From a virus (taxonomy: Duplodnaviria > Caudoviricetes), in the IMG/VR virus record IMGVR_UViG_3300020045_005825, positions 1 to 51,233 of that record: a DNA stretch of 51,233 nt; one strand, 5' to 3'. The first letter of the stretch is position 1. Each line of letters opens with the position of its first letter. The notes beneath the pieces were generated by a model that saw only the letters and a program-made list of their open reading frames with translations, was not told where the DNA came from and made no database searches. Both the position numbers and the translations under genes were made by a program. This document shows, one piece after another, positions 36,096 through 45,345 of this stretch.

Positions 36096-36320
36096 ATGAT
36101 ATACACCTTTACAATTAACGGAAATCCAAAAGCTATTAAAGCTGAAAGCCTAGATGACGCGATTGGAAAAATAATAAACAGACACTTATGGTCTTTTTGT
36201 GATAGGAAAATTAATTTTGTATGTAGCAATGACCCTAGCGCGCCAAAAGAAGAAATGGAGGTTTATACCAAAGGGCTATTTGATTGCACGCGCATGAGAC
36301 CACTATCAAAGCACTCGTAA
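36096..36320 (+). CDS. hypothetical protein
   Basis: 74 aa. Confidence 0.6.
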   Translation: MIYTFTINGNPKAIKAESLDDAIGKIINRHLWSFCDRKINFVCSNDPSAPKEEMEVYTKGLFDCTRMRPLSKHS

Positions 36321-36336
36321 CATTAAAATAAATAAT

Positions 36337-36720
36337 ATGAACCAACCATTTGCACACACAGAAAATGAATTAACCCCGACAATCACAATCACGAGAAAGG
36401 ATAAACTGCCGCCTAACTTTTGGCTTTTTCTGGCTATCTTAGTGCTCGTTGTCGTTGCCGGCCGAGTATTGTATAACGTTTACCAGGACGCGCAGACCGA
36501 AAAGAACAAGAAGGAATTACAACAAATACAAAAGCAAATTAAAGCCGTTTCAGACACTATTGAGGCTATTCCGGTACATATACGCAATAAGGCGCGGATA
36601 GTTGTGCATAAGCAGCGAGAATTGAATCAGGCGTATGCTGAGCCCGTTGTCGTTACTGTTATGACTGATAGCGGGGACGTGGCGTTTTTTTTGAGGGATT
36701 CAATAGTTAATAGGAAGTAG
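36337..36720 (+). CDS. TM plus coiled-coil protein, i-spanin-like
   Basis: One TM then coiled coil. Confidence 0.6.
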   Translation: MNQPFAHTENELTPTITITRKDKLPPNFWLFLAILVLVVVAGRVLYNVYQDAQTEKNKKELQQIQKQIKAVSDTIEAIPVHIRNKARIVVHKQRELNQAYAEPVVVTVMTDSGDVAFFLRDSIVNRK

Positions 36721-36722
36721 TC

Positions 36723-36920
36723 ATGGAACCAGACTTAAAAAAACTAACAATCAAAGGAATTTTCAACGATTACTTCACAAACTATGAGGATAAAGAAAGC
36801 AGCGTATCTATGACCGTTGACCTTAACAAAGATTGCGATTGTTCTCCTTATAAAATTTGTTGGATTCATCGCGACCCTGAAAAATACATTTTAACCGACA
36901 TAGAACCTAATACACCATGA
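36723..36920 (+). CDS. hypothetical protein with CxC..C..H
   Basis: CDCSPYKICWIH. Confidence 0.55.
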   Translation: MEPDLKKLTIKGIFNDYFTNYEDKESSVSMTVDLNKDCDCSPYKICWIHRDPEKYILTDIEPNTP

Positions 36921-37351
36921 AAAATCTATTACCTAACATTACCTTGTTTTACCTTTTATCAAGTATGTCGTTACTTGCTCAATCAAATGTAAACGGCTTT
37001 GTCCACCCAAACGGCAATATTGAAATCACACTAAATCGGGCGCGGGTGATTCACACGGCTTATCGGACGCTTGAACTGCGGTTGGATAAATGCGATACAC
37101 TCGTTTCTGGATTGAACGCTATTATAACGGATCAAGCGGCGTACATGACCAAAACAGCGGATTCGTTAACCACTCTACACGCGCAACTGAAGCAGCTGCA
37201 CGCAACAGAAGTAAAGCAAGCCGTCAAAGTAGCAACGCGTTCAAAACGTTACAGCATAGGTGTTGGCGTCGGGGCTACGTATTCAATCCCACGCAGTAAA
37301 ATCGAGCCTGTGTTTATGGTTGGTGTGATGCGTAATTTGTGGAGTTTTTGA
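36917..37351 (+). CDS. secreted coiled-coil protein with C-terminal amphipathic beta strands (spanin-like)
   Basis: Signal peptide ending LLA-Q; SIGVGVGATY...VGVMRNLWSF terminus. Confidence 0.6.
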   Translation: MKNLLPNITLFYLLSSMSLLAQSNVNGFVHPNGNIEITLNRARVIHTAYRTLELRLDKCDTLVSGLNAIITDQAAYMTKTADSLTTLHAQLKQLHATEVKQAVKVATRSKRYSIGVGVGATYSIPRSKIEPVFMVGVMRNLWSF

Positions 37352-37362
37352 CGCAAGTACTT

Positions 37363-37445
37363 GTTTAGAATGATTACAAATTAACGGTTTTCCGAAAAGA
37401 TTACCGTTTTTTATTTGCGTATTAAATTCGGTTTCCCGTAATTTG
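37363..37445 (+). promoter_or_regulatory. early promoter region with Fur-like palindrome and CGG-N4-CCG operator repeats
   Basis: GTTTAGAATGATTACAAAT; CGGTTTTCCG 37385 and CGGTTTCCCG 37429. Confidence 0.5.
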
Positions 37446-37473
37446 TTCTATCAAAATCAAACAACTAGAAATT

Positions 37474-37869
37474 ATGAAAACAATTACAAAGTCCCTTTAC
37501 TACATTAAAACAACAAATTCTTTGGCGATGGTAATCGATATAAAAGACGGTGTTGTTCACTTTTCGGCAGCAACTCATTTGCGCGATGTATTTACAACTG
37601 TTTCGCGCTATCAATGTTCGATAGGTGAATTTATTTCGGTTTGTAATCCCGTTAAATTAATGCGGTCTAACTTTCTAAAATATACTGAGATTCACGACGG
37701 TTTTTTTGATTCCATTAAAATAAAAGATTGGACGCCAAGGAACAACAACAGTAAGCCCTATCTTTTATCTACTGACTATAAATTACAGCACTCTGAAAAC
37801 GAGACGTACATTTTAAATCAGTACGAAAACATTAACAATAGATTTATTTGCACTCTTAGCGAATCTTAA
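37474..37869 (+). CDS. hypothetical protein
   Basis: 131 aa. Confidence 0.6.
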   Translation: MKTITKSLYYIKTTNSLAMVIDIKDGVVHFSAATHLRDVFTTVSRYQCSIGEFISVCNPVKLMRSNFLKYTEIHDGFFDSIKIKDWTPRNNNSKPYLLSTDYKLQHSENETYILNQYENINNRFICTLSES

Positions 37870-37883
37870 TTTAACAATAACCA

Positions 37884-38078
37884 ATGACAACCCAACAACT
37901 ACTAAAAGTTTTCGAGCAAACGCACAGCAAAGCCGAAATGTCAAAAATAACAGGTATTAGACTGGCTACTTTCTACGATTGGGAGTCGGGGCAGTCTATG
38001 AAATTCGACGCAGCCGTTAAGATTAGCAAGGCGCTAAAACTCAACCTAGGCAAAATACTAACCAACAACATCCGCTAG
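37884..38078 (+). CDS. Cro/XRE-like HTH regulator
   Basis: SKAEMSKITGIRLATFYDWESG...AVKISKAL. Confidence 0.8.
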   Translation: MTTQQLLKVFEQTHSKAEMSKITGIRLATFYDWESGQSMKFDAAVKISKALKLNLGKILTNNIR

Positions 38079-38096
38079 ATCGGCGGGCTTTTTTTT
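38071..38096 (+). terminator. intrinsic terminator
   Basis: CCGCT/GGCGG stem plus T8. Confidence 0.7.
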
Positions 38097-38115
38097 AATT
38101 TAATAATTTAGGATT

Positions 38116-38415
38116 ATGGAAAATAACTGTGCGTTTCAGTACGCGAAAATGGGTAACGGTATTTTTAGAAATACTGAATTAGTTTGCGATAAAACGTCGC
38201 TTACTATTGATGAAGCAAAAAAACTCTGGAACAAATACTTTCCAGATGCAGCGAAGTGGATTAAAAGTGGCGGCAGTGTTGAAATGGTTATTTGGATAAA
38301 CATGGAAACACCTGAATCATACGGCGACAGTCTACAATATATTTCAACTGACGCTGAAAGTGACGGCGTTAGGATTTGGGTGAACACAGTTAAACACTTT
38401 CCAAAAACCGTATAA
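38116..38415 (+). CDS. hypothetical protein
   Basis: 99 aa. Confidence 0.65.
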   Translation: MENNCAFQYAKMGNGIFRNTELVCDKTSLTIDEAKKLWNKYFPDAAKWIKSGGSVEMVIWINMETPESYGDSLQYISTDAESDGVRIWVNTVKHFPKTV

Positions 38416-38417
38416 CC

Positions 38418-38753
38418 ATGCAAACCAACCACGATCAATACAAAACAGGCGAACACGATTCAACAAGCCCAATGAACTGCGAACAACTACCGGCCGAACC
38501 AACACTCGTTGAGCAGTTGCAATTTGAGGTTGATGAATTGAACGGGAAATTGCGTAACGAGATTGAAATAAAACAAATGTACTGGGATAGATGCAAGGCT
38601 TACGAGGCCAAACAATCCGAAATTAAGCGCGTGGTGGAATATTTAGAAGCGATTGAACAATTACCATCGTTTAAGGTTTCGGGCGTTAATATGGATACGC
38701 AAATTAACTACTTGAAACAACGAGAGAGACTGTATAACTTATTGAATGATTAA
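38418..38753 (+). CDS. hypothetical coiled-coil protein
   Basis: 111 aa. Confidence 0.65.
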   Translation: MQTNHDQYKTGEHDSTSPMNCEQLPAEPTLVEQLQFEVDELNGKLRNEIEIKQMYWDRCKAYEAKQSEIKRVVEYLEAIEQLPSFKVSGVNMDTQINYLKQRERLYNLLND

Positions 38754-38755
38754 TT

Positions 38756-38974
38756 ATGAAAACCCAACTAGAAGAATACCAAGCGCAAAGAATCGAGGCG
38801 CAAGCAAAGGAAATAAGCCGCCTTAACGATGTCGTTGAGGAATTGCAAAACGCTTTACTTATCATTGAGGCTAAAGCGCAACAAGCGGCTAAAAAAGCGG
38901 TGATTAGCAATCCCGATTTTCTTAAGCCGATTAGTCACTTAGAAACAGTTTTTGAAATTATTAAACCCAGTTAA
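38756..38974 (+). CDS. hypothetical coiled-coil protein
   Basis: 72 aa; EYQAQRIEA. Confidence 0.65.
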   Translation: MKTQLEEYQAQRIEAQAKEISRLNDVVEELQNALLIIEAKAQQAAKKAVISNPDFLKPISHLETVFEIIKPS

Positions 38975-38985
38975 ATTATACAATT

Positions 38986-39501
38986 ATGGAACAACTAACC
39001 CATTGGAAAAAAAACAATGACTCGAAATATATTTCGGGTGAAGATTTGAAAAGTGGACTTCGCGGCCTGGAAGCTGAAATGGCCGTTGTTATCGAAAAGT
39101 TTGAGGACGCGGAAACATTCGACCAGAACAATCAGCAGAAACTTATCAGGACAGGCTTTTGGCTTAAGAAGCTGACAGGTGAAGCGATTTACAAACCGGT
39201 TATCTTAAACAACACCAACGCGAAGTTTTGCGTTAAAGAGTTTGGATCGGAATACATGGAGCATTGGATTGGAAAACCTCTCGTTTTATATGCTATGCCT
39301 GATAAGCGTTTTGGATTTGTAGCCCGTTTCAAAAAGTACGTACAACCGAATACTACATCGGATAAAAACGCAATCGCAACACTCGCCGCGTCAACTACAC
39401 TGGCAGAACTACAGGCGAATTGGAGCAAACTCACGCAGCCTGAGCAAGCACTGCCAACTGTTATCGCTGAAAAAGACCGCCTTAAAGCTATTTTGAAATG
39501 A
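38986..39501 (+). CDS. putative ssDNA annealing/binding recombination protein
   Basis: THWKK..YISGEDL, KPVILNNTNAK, EHWIGK; coupled to exonuclease. Confidence 0.55.
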   Translation: MEQLTHWKKNNDSKYISGEDLKSGLRGLEAEMAVVIEKFEDAETFDQNNQQKLIRTGFWLKKLTGEAIYKPVILNNTNAKFCVKEFGSEYMEHWIGKPLVLYAMPDKRFGFVARFKKYVQPNTTSDKNAIATLAASTTLAELQANWSKLTQPEQALPTVIAEKDRLKAILK

Positions 39502-40151
39502 TAGCGCATTATGGAATAGACCAACAAACCGAGGAATGGTTTCGGCTAAAGTGGGGGAAAATCGGAGGGACACGTTCCAAAGGGCTGTTCGTTAAATCCG
39601 ATACACTGCTAATTGAGTTGTTGGCCGAGATTACCGAAGAGTTCGACATAGACTATGAGGGTTACGCAAGTGACGATATGATACGAGGCAATGAAATGGA
39701 ACCGTATGCGCGCGCTGCGTTATCCGAGTACTTGGGAATTGAACTACATCAATGCGGTTGGCTTCAATCAACCGAGAACCCGTTATTAGGTATATCGGTT
39801 GACGGGATTAGCGCGTCGCAGGATGTTACAGCCGAAATTAAATGTCCTGCTGCAAAACGTCATATTTCGACGTGCTTAGGTAACGAGATTCCACTCGATA
39901 ACATTCACCAATCAATCCACTACTTTACCGTGAATCCAAAAATGCAACGGCACTACTTCGCGTCTTATCGGCCTGAGTTTAAATTAAAGCCGTTGTTTGT
40001 AAAAGAGTTGACCCGAACAAGCGAAGTGAATATAGGCACTAAAGCACGCCCTGTTATGGTAACGGTGAACGACGCGGTAAAAATGGCTAAAGATGCCGAG
40101 GTTGAACTAAGAAAGGACATTGAAAAATCACTAGAAACATTAAAATTTTAA
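39498..40151 (+). CDS. YqaJ / lambda-exonuclease family
   Basis: QQTEEWF..K.GKIGG, RGNEMEP.AR, GISVDG, EIKCP. Confidence 0.85.
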   Translation: MIAHYGIDQQTEEWFRLKWGKIGGTRSKGLFVKSDTLLIELLAEITEEFDIDYEGYASDDMIRGNEMEPYARAALSEYLGIELHQCGWLQSTENPLLGISVDGISASQDVTAEIKCPAAKRHISTCLGNEIPLDNIHQSIHYFTVNPKMQRHYFASYRPEFKLKPLFVKELTRTSEVNIGTKARPVMVTVNDAVKMAKDAEVELRKDIEKSLETLKF

Positions 40152-40153
40152 AT

Positions 40154-40423
40154 ATGCAAATCACAGGAAAAGTCCATTTAGTTGGCGAAACAGAAACAGT
40201 AGGAACCAGCGGATTCCGCAAAAGGTTAATCGTAATTGAGACAGCCGAACAATATTCACAAAAACTGCCGGTGGAATTCGTACAGGATAAAGTAGATAAA
40301 CTCGATTCAATCACAGTCGGCCAAAACGTCAAAGTTGATATCAACTTGCGCGGGTCAGAATATCAAGGCAAACACTACCTATCCGCTCAAGGTTGGAAAA
40401 TTGAAGTCGATATCTCATTCTAA
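40154..40423 (+). CDS. DUF3127 OB-fold / SSB-like protein
   Basis: FRKRLIVIET.EQY.Q...EF.QDK...INLRG.EY.GK.Y....GWKI. Confidence 0.85.
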   Translation: MQITGKVHLVGETETVGTSGFRKRLIVIETAEQYSQKLPVEFVQDKVDKLDSITVGQNVKVDINLRGSEYQGKHYLSAQGWKIEVDISF

Positions 40424-40432
40424 CATTCTAAC

Positions 40433-40458
40433 AACCCGCCGTCAAAAGCGGGTTTTTT
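40433..40458 (+). terminator. intrinsic terminator
   Basis: AACCCGC/GCGGGTT plus T run. Confidence 0.8.
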
Positions 40459-40469
40459 AAACCAATGAA

Positions 40470-40709
40470 ATGCACGAATTGATAACGATAACCGAGTTCC
40501 TGTCAAAGTACAATGTAGACTTCAACACGCTGCGAAACTCGTTAAGGTTCAATAAAATCGAAACATTTTCACTGCCATTGAATAAGAAGCAAAAATACAT
40601 AACCATTTGGCAGGAAGAAATCATAGCAGAATCATTGTATTTTGAAGGCGCGATAACCGAAGCAATAATACCCAGTTCGATAAACCATGAGCAAACTACC
40701 CAACATTAA
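40470..40709 (+). CDS. hypothetical protein, possible HTH
   Basis: LITITEFLSKYNVDFNTLRN. Confidence 0.55.
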   Translation: MHELITITEFLSKYNVDFNTLRNSLRFNKIETFSLPLNKKQKYITIWQEEIIAESLYFEGAITEAIIPSSINHEQTTQH

Positions 40710-41001
40710 AACACCATGCAAAGATTGTCCTTTTAGAAAAGACACTCAAAAGGGATGGTTAGGCAAAGAACGGATTGAAGAAATCCTCAATCAAAAATCT
40801 TTTGTTTGTCACAAAACAGTCGATTACAAAAACGGAGATATGAACGGTCGTTTACAATGCGCGGGACATATGCACATGCTTGATGGTAAAAACGAGTTCG
40901 TTGCGCTAGCCAGAATGCTAAACATCGATACCGGATTGACCGGACGCGAATTGGTTTTCAATAATCCCAAAGACTGTATCAAGCATCACAGCCATGACTA
41001 A
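40687..41001 (+). CDS. Cys/His metal-binding phage protein (DUF6283-like)
   Basis: PCKDCPFRKD, FVCHKT, CAG. Confidence 0.7.
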   Translation: MSKLPNIKTPCKDCPFRKDTQKGWLGKERIEEILNQKSFVCHKTVDYKNGDMNGRLQCAGHMHMLDGKNEFVALARMLNIDTGLTGRELVFNNPKDCIKHHSHD

Positions 41002-41251
41002 CACACCCCTATCAATAATCCATAACGATTTTTCAATACGGCTGCGTAGGTTCAACGGGTATAGTCGCACCGGTCGGATCAAGTACACCGCAAGGAAAAA
41101 TGTAACGCCGCATCAACTGGCTAAACTATTCACGGTTGATAAGGTGCAGTGGTGGTATGAAAAGGCATTGCACTCGAATAAGCCGTTTTCTGCTACTAAA
41201 AAGGAATGTTATAGGGTCGATTGGTATAGACGGTTTAAATCGCGGTGTTAA
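40994..41251 (+). CDS. basic hypothetical protein
   Basis: 85 aa. Confidence 0.55.
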   Translation: MTNTPLSIIHNDFSIRLRRFNGYSRTGRIKYTARKNVTPHQLAKLFTVDKVQWWYEKALHSNKPFSATKKECYRVDWYRRFKSRC

Positions 41252-41397
41252 TGGAAAGTTTTTCTTTAACATATTTAGAAGCTAAAATAACCGCCTTTTT
41301 ACATTGTTGTATGGATTAAGTTTTGTATTATTGTAACAAGTTAAGCCGCTGATTAAAGTCGGCTTTCTTTAACGAAAAAAAGTTAACATTTCTAACT

Positions 41398-41556
41398 ATG
41401 AGTAAAGTGATGAAAAAAGAGATTCGGCAGGATTTGTTTACCCAAACCGAATACGCCAAGAGAATAGGAAAATCTACAGCCTGGGTGAACCGGCTAATAA
41501 AAACACAGCAGGTAAATACAGTAACCGTAAATGGAGCTGTATTGATTAAGCTGTAA
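41398..41556 (+). CDS. small HTH/excisionase-like DNA-binding protein (52 aa, not in ORF track)
   Basis: LFTQTEYAKRIGKSTAWVNRLIK...VNGAVLIKL. Confidence 0.7.
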   Translation: MSKVMKKEIRQDLFTQTEYAKRIGKSTAWVNRLIKTQQVNTVTVNGAVLIKL

Positions 41557-41596
41557 TTTTTTGCCCTTTTTAGTAAATAAAATTAACCCCGAACAA

Positions 41597-43909
41597 ATGT
41601 TAGATAGAAACAAACTGCAAAAATTCCACGAACACTTTTCACTTTTAACGGTTGGCGAAGATAAAAAGCCGAACTTTAAATGGAAGCCTAACCAGAACGA
41701 CAAGTTACCATTCGATAAATTTTACAAGAACTTTGAGTACAAAGGAGGAATTAAGTTTGAGGACGGAACCGAACTACCTCCTACCACCAACTTTGGAATA
41801 ATTACGGGGTACGATCATTTGGAATGTATCGATGTAGATTTAAAGGTTTTCTCTACCGCTATTGAGCAGAAAGAGTTTTGGGAGGAATACATCGGACACC
41901 TCAAGGATAACATTCTTGATTTCGATGAAAAGATAGTCGTTTACAAAACTAAGAACGCCGGTTATCATTTGCTCTACAAATCAAAAAGGGTGCAGGGCAA
42001 TTTAAAAATTGCCGCTTTAAAAGGTCATACAGAAGCCGTTATAGAAACTCGCGGGATAGGAGGTTACATTTTTGTTTACCCTGAAAACAAGGTTAGTAAA
42101 AAGTCATATTTTGAAATAGATTATATTTCAGATCAAGACAGGGAAATTATAATGAGCTTTTCAAAAATGTATAATTACATCGATGAAAAGCCAGTCGAGC
42201 CGGTTAAAAAGAAAACCGAATATCAAGAAGGCGAGATTACGCCGTGGCAGGATTACAACGAAAAGACCGACATTTTAGAACTGATTGCCGATGAATTTTC
42301 AATACCGCCACGAGGTGTTAAAAGCAAGTTTACACTTGTAAAAAGGTTTGGCGCAACTTCGCCACACTCGGGTTATGTTTTTAAAGATAGTGGGTGCTTA
42401 TATCTTTTCTCTACCGGTACGATTTACGACCACCAGAAACTCATAACGCCGTTCATTGCCTACGCAACGAAATTTCACAATAAGGACTTTTCAGCAGCAG
42501 CTAAAGAACTTTACAATAAAGGATATGGGTCAAGGCTAAAAAAAGTTATTGAGGAAAAACAAAAATCTTTGCCATCAAACGAGGCCTTGATGACTGAGTA
42601 CAATTACAATAAATCAGACTTGGTTTTCCCGATTGAGATATTTCCAAAGCCAATACAAAGCTATATTTTGGAGTGTAATTCAAAGTTAGACGGTAATATT
42701 GATTTTATGGGATGCAGTATGTTGTGGTTAATATCACTATGTGTTGGCAACTCGATTGAAATTCAGATAAAATCGGGTTGGGTAGAAAAACCATGCGTTT
42801 GGATGGCCATGGTGGGAAAAGCCGGTATAGGTAAAACACCTTCAATAAATAACATAATATTTCCTCTAAAGAAAATAAACAGCAAGGAAATTAAAATGTA
42901 TTTAAAGGAGCTTGAAAAATTCGAGTTCTACGACAACTTAAAGGAAAAGGAAAAGGCAGATTATACCGAGGTCAAAAAACCAAAAAAGCAACAATTCATT
43001 GCCAATGATATTACGCTTGAGGCATTAATTGACCTGCACCAAGAGTGTGACAATGCGGTTGGTGTTTTTAAAGACGAGTTGGCCGGTTGGATGAAAGACA
43101 TGAATAAATATCGTGCAGGATCTGATAAAGAAACTTGGCTTTCTATGTGGGCAGGAGACGACATAAATCTAAACAGGTTAAGCAGGGCGGGGTCTTTTGT
43201 TGAAAATCCATTTGTACCGGTTCTTGGAGGAATACAGCCAGGGATTTTAAACGAATTTTATACCGATGAAAATAAGGATAACGGATTTATGGATAGGGTG
43301 TTGTTGTCTTTCCCTGACGCAAAAGTTGAATATTACAACGACGCTGAAATGGACGAGGACGTTTTATTGTGGTATAAGGAAAATGTAATTTTATTCTATG
43401 ACACGCTGAAATCTAAAATAAAACGCGATGACGAAGGTACAATAATACCGTTAAGGGCAAAACTTTCTCCAGAATCTTTAGTTGAATGGCGCAGGGTTTT
43501 TGACGAGTACACAAACTATCAAAACGCAGACGAAGAGAACGAATATTTAAAGTCAATGTATCCAAAACAAAAGGGATATTTAGCCCGGTTCGCTTTGTTG
43601 CTGCATATATTGAATGAGTTTTTTAGCGAAGGTATTGGCGGCGACACTCTTTTAGTGTCTAAAGAGGCAGTTTTAGGATCTGAAAAGTTAAGCAAATACT
43701 TTATTGCCACGGCTAAAAAGCTGAAAATAAATTCAGCAGAAGTAAATGGGATTAAGTCTACTTCTAAAACAGGCAAAACAAATGCAGACAAAATAAAGGC
43801 TATTTATGATGAAAATCCAGACTTTAACCGTAGCCAAACAGCAGAGGTTTTAGGAATCAGCAGGACGCAAGTAATTAGGATAGTAAACCAGATTAAAGAT
43901 GTAACATAG
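41597..43909 (+). CDS. primase-polymerase fused to DUF3987-type helicase and C-terminal HTH
   Basis: Prim-Pol motifs FGIITG, IDVD, GYH, ETRG.GGY; Walker A GKAGIGKT; DEL; RSQTAEVLGISRTQV; likely start MLDRNK. Confidence 0.85.
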   Translation: MLDRNKLQKFHEHFSLLTVGEDKKPNFKWKPNQNDKLPFDKFYKNFEYKGGIKFEDGTELPPTTNFGIITGYDHLECIDVDLKVFSTAIEQKEFWEEYIGHLKDNILDFDEKIVVYKTKNAGYHLLYKSKRVQGNLKIAALKGHTEAVIETRGIGGYIFVYPENKVSKKSYFEIDYISDQDREIIMSFSKMYNYIDEKPVEPVKKKTEYQEGEITPWQDYNEKTDILELIADEFSIPPRGVKSKFTLVKRFGATSPHSGYVFKDSGCLYLFSTGTIYDHQKLITPFIAYATKFHNKDFSAAAKELYNKGYGSRLKKVIEEKQKSLPSNEALMTEYNYNKSDLVFPIEIFPKPIQSYILECNSKLDGNIDFMGCSMLWLISLCVGNSIEIQIKSGWVEKPCVWMAMVGKAGIGKTPSINNIIFPLKKINSKEIKMYLKELEKFEFYDNLKEKEKADYTEVKKPKKQQFIANDITLEALIDLHQECDNAVGVFKDELAGWMKDMNKYRAGSDKETWLSMWAGDDINLNRLSRAGSFVENPFVPVLGGIQPGILNEFYTDENKDNGFMDRVLLSFPDAKVEYYNDAEMDEDVLLWYKENVILFYDTLKSKIKRDDEGTIIPLRAKLSPESLVEWRRVFDEYTNYQNADEENEYLKSMYPKQKGYLARFALLLHILNEFFSEGIGGDTLLVSKEAVLGSEKLSKYFIATAKKLKINSAEVNGIKSTSKTGKTNADKIKAIYDENPDFNRSQTAEVLGISRTQVIRIVNQIKDVT

Positions 43910-44136
43910 GTTACAGTAATGTTACACCCAATGTTACACCAGAAAATCAATAAACATAAAGGGTTCAAAGGTGTAACTGTAACATTTTTCAGATTTTAGA
44001 AAATAATTTTTTACTAAAAGATAAAAATAAAAATTAGGAATTTTTAAAATGTTACAGTTACAGTGAGCTTAACCCCCATAAACAAAGGAAAACAGGTGTA
44101 ACATATAGGTGTAACATATGTTACAGCGATGTTACA
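43900..44136. repeat. putative replication origin: 12 TGTAAC/GTTACA repeats around an AT-rich core
   Basis: Copies at 43900, 43910, 43921, 43933, 43972, 43978, 44051, 44057, 44097, 44110, 44120, 44131; 17-bp perfect inverted repeat 43972-88/44046-62. Confidence 0.8.
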
Positions 44137-44163
44137 GTAAAACTACTAAAAACGCATAAAATT

Positions 44164-44628
44164 ATGGAATGTACAACTTGCGATTTTAAATTTGCAAAGC
44201 AAGCCAAAAGTAACGGAGATTGGATGCTTAAACAGCAATGTTCAAAATGTGGACAAAGTGCCGGTAAAACATTTAAGTTTGAACTTATTGGCGGCAAGCA
44301 GAATTTACTTAAAATACCCTTGTTTGATGAAGAAAAATTACAGGGCTATTATGACAGACAGCAACAAAAACGACAGTCCGATTATGCTGTCGAGTTAAAT
44401 GAAAAACGAAAAGTTTATTATGAATATCTAAAATCTGACAAGTGGAAACTGAAACGCGACAAAGTTATGTTAAGGGATAAAAATATTTGTCAGGCATGCT
44501 TAACCAGAAACGCTACCGACGTTCATCATTTAACATACGAAAGAATTTATAACGAGCCGCTATTTGATTTAGTAGCTATTTGCCGACCATGCCATGAAAA
44601 GATACACGAGCTTGAGCGCGATGCGTAA
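44164..44628 (+). CDS. HNH endonuclease with N-terminal Zn ribbon
   Basis: YLKSDKWK.KR..V..RD...CQAC...VHHLTY...LVAICRPCHEKIH. Confidence 0.85.
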   Translation: MECTTCDFKFAKQAKSNGDWMLKQQCSKCGQSAGKTFKFELIGGKQNLLKIPLFDEEKLQGYYDRQQQKRQSDYAVELNEKRKVYYEYLKSDKWKLKRDKVMLRDKNICQACLTRNATDVHHLTYERIYNEPLFDLVAICRPCHEKIHELERDA

Positions 44629-44745
44629 TCTTTTACAACCCCAATTCGACCGCCAAACCGAACTATTCATATCAGGCGCAATACCATTGCAACTATATTT
44701 CGACATGGAACGACTATTTAATACCCGATCAAAACTATTCACCGT

Positions 44746-45345
44746 ATGCTTAAACTAAACAAAGAGATACTCAACAGGCTATACATGAAAGACCTGAGAG
44801 CGTCCTACCCAACGTTCCCAGAATACGCCTTACCCGAACGTAAATATTCAGATACAACCGCCAACGGATTAACCAAGTGCATAAAGGAATTCCTGAATTT
44901 CACAGGACACCAAGCCGAGCGAATCAATTCAATGGGACGTACAATTGACAACACGGAAGTTAGCGAAGACGTGTTAGGCCGAAAACGAATGATAGGGTCA
45001 AAGAAGTATATTCCAGGAACCGCAACGAATGGAACGGCAGATATTTCATCGGTCATCAACGGAATGTCTGTAAAGATTGAAGTTAAGATAGGCAAGGATA
45101 AGCAATCCGAAGATCAAAAGAAGTACCAAAAGGCCGTTGAAGATGCTGGCGGGATTTACCTAATCGCAAAGGATTTCGACGGGTTCATTCAATTGTATCG
45201 GGATTTGGTATTTAAGGATAAACGGGTTCGCGTGTCGCAGCTTGGCCGAGAGTTCGTGATAATATCCGAGGCACAACGAAAGATTCAATTCACAGACAAT
45301 TTAGAAGTTTTAATATTAACCGAAAAACAATACAGTAGATTATGA
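44746..45345 (+). CDS. PD-(D/E)XK nuclease (VRR-NUC/resolvase-like)
   Basis: GTADI...KIEVKIGKDKQSEDQ...AGGIY. Confidence 0.8.
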   Translation: MLKLNKEILNRLYMKDLRASYPTFPEYALPERKYSDTTANGLTKCIKEFLNFTGHQAERINSMGRTIDNTEVSEDVLGRKRMIGSKKYIPGTATNGTADISSVINGMSVKIEVKIGKDKQSEDQKKYQKAVEDAGGIYLIAKDFDGFIQLYRDLVFKDKRVRVSQLGREFVIISEAQRKIQFTDNLEVLILTEKQYSRL

